From NCBI GenBank assembly GCA_964420035.1, contig CAYQQR010000011.1, forward strand, positions 728 to 64,727: a stretch of 64,000 nucleotides of DNA. The letters are read 5' to 3'. The first letter of the stretch is position 1; the number at the start of each line of letters is the position of its first letter. The position numbers were made by a program, and so were the translations under genes. The stretch comes from an uncultured Bacteroidaceae bacterium (GTDB taxonomy: Bacteria > Bacteroidota > Bacteroidia > Bacteroidales > SM23-62). Shown piece by piece: positions 46,299-55,228 of this stretch. A model generated the notes under the pieces. The model saw nothing but the letters and a program-made list of their open reading frames with translations. It had not been told where the DNA came from and searched no databases.

Positions 46299-48134
46299 TT
46301 AGTTATTTCCTTCCAGTTTTGAAAACTCAAGGCGGTTCAGGATACCCTCCTGCCCCGGAGCCGGGATCAGCGCGCCGGGTATTTCCAGTTTCACAGATGC
46401 CGGTGCTTCCTCCAATCGGACCGGCTCAAAGCGGGTGGTGTCTTCCCACAAAGCAAAGAGGCTGTCCTTCCCCAGGGTCAATAATAGATCTTTTCGTATA
46501 TCAGGGCATTGATCGAAAAATGCAGTTACGGCATATTTCCCGGATTCATGGACATGGATCTCATATACCGCGTACGCACCCTGCCGGTCCCAGCCCTTGA
46601 GCCTGTCAAAAGTACTTTTTAATCCTTCGGACGTTTCCCGGGGTGCCTTGCCCAATACCGGGCTATGGGTCATTCCGTCCTTCCCGATAAGAAAAACAGG
46701 CATCCGGAAGGATCCATCCTCCCGGATTATGGAAGACCACCATGAATAAAGGCTGTCTTTCATCTCCAAAAATTCATCAGGAAATTCATACAACTGATTC
46801 TTGTTTTCCCCGGGATCCTTTTCCAGGTCAATAAACACGAATTGATTTACCGGATCGGGCATTCCTTCTGAAGGGCCCGGATTTAAGAGAAGTTTGAAAC
46901 GCCGGTCCCTGACAGAAATGATCTGGTTTTCCGCTTTCATTTCCAGCTTGTCCGCAGGTCTTACCGGGCGATATTCATCCTTTACCCCATCGGGAGTCCA
47001 GGGCTTATCGGTGGGCGGCCAGCCGGGATTTGCATAATTGAAGCTTAATTTGTTCTTTTTCCGGACTTTTCCCCTGATCAGGGATGCGAAACTGCTGCCG
47101 TCGAATTCCACCCCCGATGCACCGGGATCAAAGCCGGCCAGTTCCAGTAATGTCGGAGCAATATCACAAATATCGCAAAGCTCATTGATCTTACCCGGGA
47201 CGGTATGTCCTTTACGATAAACGAATAAGGGGGATTTGACCCCGTTCTCCCATATGTTGCCCTTGTGGCCCCGCAAATCATTTACATACCGTATCTCCCG
47301 GTCGGCATCGGTGAGGACATCGTTCAATACGGCCGGCCCATTATCGCTCATGAAGAATACATAAGTGTTTTCGGCCAACGGACTTGTGTCCAGGTAATTG
47401 AAAAAGCGGCCCAGGTGATAGTCGCAATGATCGACCATGGCATAAAGGGTAGACAGATTGGCTGATAATCCTTTTTGCAGGTATTTCTGCACCAGGCTGT
47501 CGGGTGCGTCCAGGGGCGAATGGCAGGTAAGAAATGACAGATAAGCCAGGAACGGTTGATCCCTGGCCCCTTCAATGAATTCAATGGCCTGGTCCACGAT
47601 CACCTGGTCGGCCCATACATCATATTGCACAGGCTTTCCGTTCATTAAGCCATCTGAATTTCTGTGCTGGTACAAGCGGGCCATGTAGGCCTCGTCAAAT
47701 CCCCGCTCCCAGGGATAGTAGCCCGGGGTGTGACCCGAGTGCCACTTGCCCCAAATACCGGTACGGTAACCCTCATCCTTAAGCAAGTTGGCCATGGTCA
47801 TTTCATCCAGGTTCAGGAAATCCTTTCCTCCATGCACATGAGACACCCCCGTCCGCGGAAAATGGCGACCGGTGAGCAAACTGGCCCGGGTGGGAGCACA
47901 AACCGGGTTGACACAGAAGTTGGCAAATTGCCGGGAAGCCCTTGCAAATCGGTCGATATTCGGAGTTTCAACCAGCTCATTGCCATGGACCCCAAGATCG
48001 GAATAACCGAGGTCGTCCAGCTGAATAATCACAAAATTGGGTTGAACAGCAGGCTCCTTATCACAGGAGGTTAATGCAGTAAATGCAGTCAATACACTCA
48101 AAGGTACCAGACAGGTGGTTCTTTTCATGGTCAT
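46299..48134 (-). CDS. sulfatase (formylglycine-dependent, S1 family)
   Basis: 611 aa with lipobox ALTSC. NFVIIQLDDLGYSDLG and CAPTRASLLTGR (CxPxR). Confidence 0.92.
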   Translation of the reverse strand: MTMKRTTCLVPLSVLTAFTALTSCDKEPAVQPNFVIIQLDDLGYSDLGVHGNELVETPNIDRFARASRQFANFCVNPVCAPTRASLLTGRHFPRTGVSHVHGGKDFLNLDEMTMANLLKDEGYRTGIWGKWHSGHTPGYYPWERGFDEAYMARLYQHRNSDGLMNGKPVQYDVWADQVIVDQAIEFIEGARDQPFLAYLSFLTCHSPLDAPDSLVQKYLQKGLSANLSTLYAMVDHCDYHLGRFFNYLDTSPLAENTYVFFMSDNGPAVLNDVLTDADREIRYVNDLRGHKGNIWENGVKSPLFVYRKGHTVPGKINELCDICDIAPTLLELAGFDPGASGVEFDGSSFASLIRGKVRKKNKLSFNYANPGWPPTDKPWTPDGVKDEYRPVRPADKLEMKAENQIISVRDRRFKLLLNPGPSEGMPDPVNQFVFIDLEKDPGENKNQLYEFPDEFLEMKDSLYSWWSSIIREDGSFRMPVFLIGKDGMTHSPVLGKAPRETSEGLKSTFDRLKGWDRQGAYAVYEIHVHESGKYAVTAFFDQCPDIRKDLLLTLGKDSLFALWEDTTRFEPVRLEEAPASVKLEIPGALIPAPGQEGILNRLEFSKLEGNN

Positions 48135-48224
48135 ACGGTTGTCATGCAGTGGTCATGCAATTGTAAAACAATATATAAAAACCAGCCTGATTTTCCATTT
48201 TCCATCTTCCTTCTTACATTTTAA

Positions 48225-48248
48225 ATCTCCACATCTCCACACCTCCAC
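48225..48248. repeat. short tandem repeat ATCTCCAC x2 + ACCTCCAC
   Basis: Read directly. In the same spacer there are also TTTTCCA x2 (48191-48204) and an 11-nt repeat (G/T)TGTCATGCA (48129-48160). Confidence 0.85.
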
Positions 48249-48376
48249 CAATAATATATACTCTTTTTAAATAACCATCCCCCGTAAGGGCTGAAGCCGG
48301 CTAATTTGTAAATGAAGTGTACCGGGTACAAAGAAGCACCAGATACCCGACCAACTACTAACTATAACATTTTACG

Positions 48377-51300
48377 ATGAATGCATCTCGGCTTTTCACC
48401 CTGCTGGTTGTAATTTCCTTTTCCAATTTTATTTACGCGCAAACCGGGAATGTTCTCTGGGAACAATGGGACAACAAACCTGCTGATTTCACCGAACTGG
48501 CCGGCTGGACCGATCCCGATAACAGCCTTCTGCTCTCCAGTCTGGACGGTCCTTCCAACTGGGCAGACAACTATGGCGCGAGGATCAGCGGTTATATCAA
48601 AGCGGATACCACCGGTTATTTTACTTTCTACCTGTCTTCCGATGACCAGGGACAGTTCCTGCTAAGTGACGGACTGGATGAGGATAATCTATCCTTGTTG
48701 TGCCAGGTGCCCGGCTATTCCAGCTATAAAGAATGGACCAAATATGAAGAACAAAAGTCGGAGCCGGCATATCTCCGGAAAAACGAGTGGTACTATTTTG
48801 AAGCCATGTTGATAGAGAACAGCGGCGGGGATCACATTGAAGTTGGATGGACCCGGCCCGGTGAAGAGGTTTCCACCATCACCATTATAGGATCCGCGTA
48901 CCTTTCACAGGATCCGGTTGTCGATTCCACGGCTACCCTGATCAAAAAATTTGAATTCCGGGATTTGAGCTATCCCCAGTTCACCGACATCGACCCCGGT
49001 GCAGGCACCGTTGATATCGATGTACCCTATGGAACCGGCCTGACCGATCTCACTCCCGAAATCACCCTTTCTTATGGTGCAACGGTAAATCCTGGAAGCG
49101 AAGTCAGCCAGGATTTCTCAAATCCCGTTGTCTATACGGTAACCGCCCTCAAGGGAAATACGCGGGACTATACAGTCACCGTAACGGAACTTCCCCTGCA
49201 AACGGGAAGCTCCATCTCCAATGTCCATCTGGAACCCCTGGACCAGGATGCTGTGGTCCATGAAGGAGAAAAGACCATCAGTTTCTGGTACTACGAAGGA
49301 TACGATGAATCCCAAACCATAACCTTCGACCTCTCCCTCTACGCTGCAGCGGACATTGCATCAGGCAGCAGTTTTGGATTGGACGCCGTTCCTTCAACCA
49401 TTAGGGTGACGGCCCAGGATGGCAGTCAGACCGTTTATACCGTTAATGTAAGCGTCCTTAAGGGGATACAGGACTTCCGGGATGATTTCAGCACCAACCA
49501 GTATGTTTCCGGCTGGAAAAACACCCCGGCCTATGAATTTTCGCGTAACGCGGCCAACGAGGAACTGGATCTGCAAATGATCCCGGTAAATTGGGCGGAT
49601 ACCCGTTTCAACTTTCCGGATACCCTTAATTTACACCGGTATCCACTGATCCGCTTCAGGTTAAAGACCGATAAGATCATCATTAAAGACGGCCTCAGGT
49701 TCAGGCTGATCGATATCAACGGACATAATAACACCCATTGGAAAAACAGGGACCTCGAAACTTACAAGATCACGACCATCAACGAGTTTATTGAGCTGAG
49801 TACCGACTTTACAGGCAATATCATTTACAATAATGAAGAGGATGAACTGGACCTGGGGCAAATAACGGCCATGTATTTCGACGTGAACCGGGGCAATACA
49901 GCCGATGGGAAAGGAAGCGATGCCTTTATCAATATTGACGACTTCCAGGTGGGTGCTGAAGCCTTACCCAACAACAAGCCCCTTATTGATGCGGTAAAGA
50001 ATCCTCCTTATATCTATATTGGTGACGGACAGCAAAGCCTTGACCTGACAGGTATTGACGACGGCAACCCGGAAAGGGATGAAAACCTTAACCTGACGGT
50101 TCGCAATTCCAACCCGGCTGTGGTCACCATCGACCAGGTCAACTATGACGGCAGTTCTTCAGAAGGAAGCATTCAATACAGTCCTGCCGGCACAAACGGT
50201 TTTGCAGAGATCACCGTGGTGGTGCAGGATGACCGGGGAACCGCTTTCTCGGGTGATTCGGATACCGATTCCACCAAATTCATTGTTGAGATCAGGGATC
50301 CCGATCCTTCAGCCAACAATATACCCACTTTCGGTTCTCCCGAAGATCCCTGGGTTTACGCGAACACGGGGCAGAATGTCATTATCATACCGCGAGTGGA
50401 TGACGGAGATGCCGGCAAGGTCCAGGACCTTAGCTTTACCCCAACCTCACAGGATATGGATATGCTTGTTGTGGATTCCGTAGTATATGTACCCGGTGAT
50501 CACTTGGCCCTGATGTACATTACAGAAAAAGGTCAGGCCGGCCCTGTTTCCATCGATCTTAGCTGCCAGGATGAGGAAGATATCGCCGGGGGAGGTTCCA
50601 ATATATTCTCTGCCGTTTTTTCTTTAGAAATCAGGAATTTCGATAACCCGGGAGTTCTTTACTACGCGACTGATGTTGCCCACTGGCAGGATATGCCCTA
50701 TGGTGAAAATCCCGGCATTCAGGAAGGCTCGAAAATTATACTGCCTGCGGCCCAGTCAGACAATACCTGGGACCAGGATTTCTTCTGGGGCGTAATGAAG
50801 GGATACCTGACACCTGAGGTTACAGGCGACTATATCTTTGAAACCACCGACCACGAAGGATCATTCCTGTATCTGAGCACGGACATATCTCCTTCCAATA
50901 TTCCCGGGGAGGCGAATCCGACGGCACAATGGGAGGTTCCCTCCGGTCCCATCGAATTGCAGGCCGGGAAAACCTATTATTTCGAAGCCTACCATAAGGA
51001 GATCGTATATGACTATAATTTCAGTATCCTGTGGACCGGTCCCGGAATTGCCAGGCAGGTGATCAGTGGCGAGTACCTGACCGTGGATCTGGATCTGGAG
51101 CTTCCGACAAAACCCTTAAATGCCGGTATAACGATACGGGGGACCAACGATGTGATAATCGTCTGGGATGCTGCCTGCGATAACCGGGGGATTTCTGGAT
51201 ATAATGTCTACCCGGAAGGTTATCAGGTAAATGATGAAGTAATCGGCAAGCTTAAGTATAAGGTAACCGGACTGGAACCTGAACATGAATACTCAGTTGC

Positions 51301-54145
51301 GGTACGCGCCATGGACCGCTTCGGAAATCTTTCCATCCCATCGGATATCCTGACCTTCACCACTTATCCGGAAGATAACCAGCCTCCGACAAAACCTGAA
51401 AATCTCAGTCTTGTGAACGTCACCGGGATGGCTATTGAACTGGCATGGGATCCGGCAACAGACGGTGAAACCGAAGTAAGGGGTTATAACATTTACCTGG
51501 ATGGCGGAATAGAGCCGGTTAATGAAGAGATCATCAATGATACTTCCTATAATATTATTGGACTTACTCAGGAAACTGCTTACAGCATTACCGTTACTTC
51601 AGTGGATGTCGCTTACAATGAATCCGTTCCCGGTACGCCCCTCCTGCAAAGCACCTCGAAGTTTGATCCAATGGATAACAGTGACGGGATCAAAAAAGGA
51701 AGAGCCTTTGCCCTGCTTGAAACCAGGAGTCATTTTCCAGGTTTTGCATTAAATATCGGTTATGAGCAAAGCAGCCTGGCACGATCCAACAGGGCTTCCC
51801 ACGCCGGTTTCGAAAACCCGGCCTTTGCCTCGGCCAGTACCAGGGAAAAATTACAGGCCCTTGATAAAGATCGTGCCGACAACATGATATACAACATCGA
51901 AACAACGGATATTTACCGGGGGAATCATTCTGTTGAATTACAGGGTAGCAACGGGGCCTGGTTCAGGAACCAGTTCAAATCCATCGTTAACAAGAAATAC
52001 GATTACTTTGCACGCTTCGCCATGAAGAAAGGGGATGATTTCGACGGCTCCGTGAAGGTCAAGGTGTACGGCCAGTATGTCACCGTCCTGACCGAGCAGA
52101 GCTTCACGCCGGAAGAAGACTGGAAAGAATTTGTCCTGCCTTTTTCTACAGACTATGACGGCGGTAACGGTAACTGGAGAATTGATTTCACTATCCAGGG
52201 AAGCGGCGGAACCTTTTATCTTGATAACGTGGAATTCCATAATGCCGATTTCTACGACTCTACGGCTACGACCAGCAAGATCAAGGAGATCCTCGAAGAA
52301 TTCAGTCCATCGGGAATTCGCTGGGGCGGTATCGGTGCCAATTACAAAGAACTGGCCCATTGCACCGGGCCCGACCCGGATGTTACGCTCAGTTATGCAG
52401 ATTTCATGGCCCTGGCCAATCATGTGAATGCCTGGGGCCTTTTCTCCCTGGGCGTAGGTGAAGGAAAGGATTGGTACACAGAACCCGCTACCTCCGCTCA
52501 TTTCCTTGAATACCTGGGCGGACCGGAAGGTACGGCCTGGGGAGCTGTTAGAGCTTCTGAAGGCTATGATAATCTCCTGGCTGAAAGTCCGGGCGTCGTA
52601 CTCGAATACGGAAATGAAGTATGGGGTTTCGGCAGTCATGGATGCGGGAACTTTACCGGCATGACCCAGTATGCCGCATGGGCCAGCGGTGTGATCAGCG
52701 AACACGTGCTCACCTCACCCTATTATGATGAGCAGAAGATCTTCACCTCACTCAGCGGAAGGAACCCGGATCCTCCGTCAAGTTACGGGGTTAACCGGGA
52801 TGTATTCAAAGGAGATGACGGAAGCGCGGACTGGGTTTCCATTTCCGGCTACATGGGCGGGAACCTGAATTACGATCCCGACGTACCCACGGGAGATTCT
52901 GAACTGGAATATCACCAGGATAGCTACAGGGTCACGCGTGATAAACTGAGAGGGATTCCCGAGACCATGAAACAGATGTTCGAGCAATCCGCGAGAAGAC
53001 TCCCCATGTACATGTATGAGGGGAACATGACCAAGGATGTTTATAATGGCAGGCTGGGACAAGCGGTTAGTTTTATCGATTATTATACAAGCGTATGCAG
53101 GGCAGGCGTTACGATACCGGTTCTGTTTCATCTGACGGGTGGTCAGTGGCGGTTGATCGAGGACCGTATCGATTTCAAGAAACTGCCCATGTACAACATG
53201 GCAGGCCTGATGAACAAATACTGTAAAGGGAGCATGTTATCTTCGGGTTTCACCTCTTCTGAACAACTTACGGTCGGGGACAATCCGATCGGATTGTCCT
53301 CAGTGGGTGTGCATACCTTTACGAACGATACGGTCTTCACAGTAGTTCTGTTTGGAAGGGATTTTGAGAATGATTTTGTCGTTCAGCTGGATATTCCGGA
53401 TGGCATTGGTGCAGGCAACACCGCTAAAATATTCACCCTTAGCGGGGAAAGTTTCAGTACCAAGGATCACACCATAACGGAAGAAACCCTGACAGGTTTT
53501 GGAGACAGTTTGATCGTGAATGTACCCAAATACAGCATGGTACTGATCACCTTCAGGTGTGACGACCAGGAACTGGAAGCCGGTCTTGGCGACTATGAAT
53601 ACACAAAAGTCAGCAACATCACGGCCACCACCGAATCAGGCAACCATTTTATCGATACGGATAAAGGCTACCTGAAGCTCATCGCCCTGGTGGAACCTGA
53701 AGATGCATTGTATAAAGGTGTATCCTGGTCCTTGGTTCAGAATGATGTCAATGCGGTCATCAATTTCGTTGAGCGCCTGCTTGCATCCGGGGAAAGTGAC
53801 GGGAACGGCACCCTTATCGTCCGGGCCACGGCCAGGGATGGTTCAGGGGTTTACGACGACCTGGAAGTGACGATCACCAACCAGGTAAGTACAGGTATCG
53901 AGGACCGGGATGCCATGGTTCCTTCGGTTTATCCTGTACCTGCCAAGGACAGGCTTTATCTGAGTCTGCCCGGCAACCGGGGTTCAGATATTGAGATATT
54001 CGACATGAACGGTCGAAGCATGCTGAAAAGGGAAATACATGCAGAAGATCATCAGCTGGATATTTCAAATTATAAAGAGGGGATCTATTTCATCAGGATC
54101 AGTCACAATAAGGAACTGATCATGTTGCGATTCGTGAAGGAATAA
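48377..54145 (+). CDS. 1922-aa T9SS-secreted multidomain protein: PA14 x2, Ig-like/cadherin-like modules, FN3 x2, clan GH-A-like TIM-barrel region, Big_2-like domain, Por CTD
   Basis: Signal peptide present. PA14-like 1 is at about 48449-48916 (NWADNYGARISGYIKADTTGYFTFYLSSDDQGQFLLS). PA14-like 2 is at about 50650-51080 (FFWGVMKGYLTPEVTGDYIFETTDHEGSFLYLS). FN3 x2 is at about 51100-51660. VVLEYGNEVWG has its Glu at 52616-52618. The T9SS CTD is at about 53909-54142 (EIFDMNGRSML...EGIYFIRISHNKELIMLRFVKE). Confidence 0.85.
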   Translation: MNASRLFTLLVVISFSNFIYAQTGNVLWEQWDNKPADFTELAGWTDPDNSLLLSSLDGPSNWADNYGARISGYIKADTTGYFTFYLSSDDQGQFLLSDGLDEDNLSLLCQVPGYSSYKEWTKYEEQKSEPAYLRKNEWYYFEAMLIENSGGDHIEVGWTRPGEEVSTITIIGSAYLSQDPVVDSTATLIKKFEFRDLSYPQFTDIDPGAGTVDIDVPYGTGLTDLTPEITLSYGATVNPGSEVSQDFSNPVVYTVTALKGNTRDYTVTVTELPLQTGSSISNVHLEPLDQDAVVHEGEKTISFWYYEGYDESQTITFDLSLYAAADIASGSSFGLDAVPSTIRVTAQDGSQTVYTVNVSVLKGIQDFRDDFSTNQYVSGWKNTPAYEFSRNAANEELDLQMIPVNWADTRFNFPDTLNLHRYPLIRFRLKTDKIIIKDGLRFRLIDINGHNNTHWKNRDLETYKITTINEFIELSTDFTGNIIYNNEEDELDLGQITAMYFDVNRGNTADGKGSDAFINIDDFQVGAEALPNNKPLIDAVKNPPYIYIGDGQQSLDLTGIDDGNPERDENLNLTVRNSNPAVVTIDQVNYDGSSSEGSIQYSPAGTNGFAEITVVVQDDRGTAFSGDSDTDSTKFIVEIRDPDPSANNIPTFGSPEDPWVYANTGQNVIIIPRVDDGDAGKVQDLSFTPTSQDMDMLVVDSVVYVPGDHLALMYITEKGQAGPVSIDLSCQDEEDIAGGGSNIFSAVFSLEIRNFDNPGVLYYATDVAHWQDMPYGENPGIQEGSKIILPAAQSDNTWDQDFFWGVMKGYLTPEVTGDYIFETTDHEGSFLYLSTDISPSNIPGEANPTAQWEVPSGPIELQAGKTYYFEAYHKEIVYDYNFSILWTGPGIARQVISGEYLTVDLDLELPTKPLNAGITIRGTNDVIIVWDAACDNRGISGYNVYPEGYQVNDEVIGKLKYKVTGLEPEHEYSVAVRAMDRFGNLSIPSDILTFTTYPEDNQPPTKPENLSLVNVTGMAIELAWDPATDGETEVRGYNIYLDGGIEPVNEEIINDTSYNIIGLTQETAYSITVTSVDVAYNESVPGTPLLQSTSKFDPMDNSDGIKKGRAFALLETRSHFPGFALNIGYEQSSLARSNRASHAGFENPAFASASTREKLQALDKDRADNMIYNIETTDIYRGNHSVELQGSNGAWFRNQFKSIVNKKYDYFARFAMKKGDDFDGSVKVKVYGQYVTVLTEQSFTPEEDWKEFVLPFSTDYDGGNGNWRIDFTIQGSGGTFYLDNVEFHNADFYDSTATTSKIKEILEEFSPSGIRWGGIGANYKELAHCTGPDPDVTLSYADFMALANHVNAWGLFSLGVGEGKDWYTEPATSAHFLEYLGGPEGTAWGAVRASEGYDNLLAESPGVVLEYGNEVWGFGSHGCGNFTGMTQYAAWASGVISEHVLTSPYYDEQKIFTSLSGRNPDPPSSYGVNRDVFKGDDGSADWVSISGYMGGNLNYDPDVPTGDSELEYHQDSYRVTRDKLRGIPETMKQMFEQSARRLPMYMYEGNMTKDVYNGRLGQAVSFIDYYTSVCRAGVTIPVLFHLTGGQWRLIEDRIDFKKLPMYNMAGLMNKYCKGSMLSSGFTSSEQLTVGDNPIGLSSVGVHTFTNDTVFTVVLFGRDFENDFVVQLDIPDGIGAGNTAKIFTLSGESFSTKDHTITEETLTGFGDSLIVNVPKYSMVLITFRCDDQELEAGLGDYEYTKVSNITATTESGNHFIDTDKGYLKLIALVEPEDALYKGVSWSLVQNDVNAVINFVERLLASGESDGNGTLIVRATARDGSGVYDDLEVTITNQVSTGIEDRDAMVPSVYPVPAKDRLYLSLPGNRGSDIEIFDMNGRSMLKREIHAEDHQLDISNYKEGIYFIRISHNKELIMLRFVKE

Positions 54146-54153
54146 TAAAGGCT

Positions 54154-55140
54154 TTACCAGCGGTACTTGTAATATTCCACATCAGGGTGGATATCCGGCT
54201 CAGCCAGGTATGCCACCCTTTTTGTTATTGCTTCCCGTTCTTCTTCCGTAAGTCCGGCAAAACTCCTGACGTGTGCAATCCTTTCTTTTAATTGCTCCAG
54301 GTTGTCGAAACCGGCAATAAGGGTACTGACTGGAAGGGACAATACAAAATGATGTAATTCCCTCATGCTCAGCTTCCCGGATTTCACAGCAGTTTGGATA
54401 AGCTCGCCGTTGGCGGCGGTTTTCATGGCCAGGATCCCCATATTCTTTTGGATCAGAGCAGGCATGATCTCTTTTATGAAACTATGATTACTGGGATCCA
54501 AAACATTGACGGGCATTTGACAGGTCTGTAACACATCGGTGATCTCCAGCATGCGCTTGTGTGCCGAGAGTTCACGGTGACCGGAAAAGCCAATGTGTCT
54601 TACCTTACCTTCTTCACGGGCCTTGAGCAGGTATTCGAGTACCCCGTTCTCAATACGGTGATCCACATCACCTGCATCCGATACGGAATGGATCTGCCAG
54701 AGGTCCAGGTAATCCGTTTTCATTCTCCTCAGGGAGCCTTCCAAATGTTCCCGGGCCGTCCTGGCATCTCTTGCACGGGTTTTGGTCATCAGGTAAGCCA
54801 CATCCCTGTATTTCGGGGTCAGAATTTTTCCATAAAGTTCTTCGCTTCTTCCTCCGGAATAAGACTCCGCGGTATCGAAAAACCGTACCCCTTGCTCGAG
54901 TGCATATTCCAGGGCCTCCTGGGCATCCCTGTCAGAAAACTTCGCCCGCGTGTGAAATCCGCCCAATCCGAAGATGGTTACTTTTTCACCTGTATTTCCC
55001 AATATACGCGTGGGCATAAGCTCTCCCAGCCTGTCTCTTGTTCCGGTTGTCAACCCGGTCATCCCGGCAAGCAGGCTGGCGGGTATACTCAGCAATGCTG
55101 CACTGCCTGTAAGTCTGTATAAGAAATCCCTTCTCTTCAT
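54154..55140 (-). CDS. Tat-signal aldo/keto reductase (predicted periplasmic)
   Basis: I chose the start at MKRRDFLYRLTGSAALLSIPASLLAG (twin-arginine motif RRDFL). The AKR body has FFDTAESYSGGRSEE and DLWQIHS. Confidence 0.85.
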   Translation of the reverse strand: MKRRDFLYRLTGSAALLSIPASLLAGMTGLTTGTRDRLGELMPTRILGNTGEKVTIFGLGGFHTRAKFSDRDAQEALEYALEQGVRFFDTAESYSGGRSEELYGKILTPKYRDVAYLMTKTRARDARTAREHLEGSLRRMKTDYLDLWQIHSVSDAGDVDHRIENGVLEYLLKAREEGKVRHIGFSGHRELSAHKRMLEITDVLQTCQMPVNVLDPSNHSFIKEIMPALIQKNMGILAMKTAANGELIQTAVKSGKLSMRELHHFVLSLPVSTLIAGFDNLEQLKERIAHVRSFAGLTEEEREAITKRVAYLAEPDIHPDVEYYKYRW

Positions 55141-55228
55141 TATTTTTCCATATTGCAGGGTAAACAAGTTATAAATGCGAATTGTTTAAAGGAGCATCCA
55201 AATGTTAAGACGTATTCAGATATGAATA

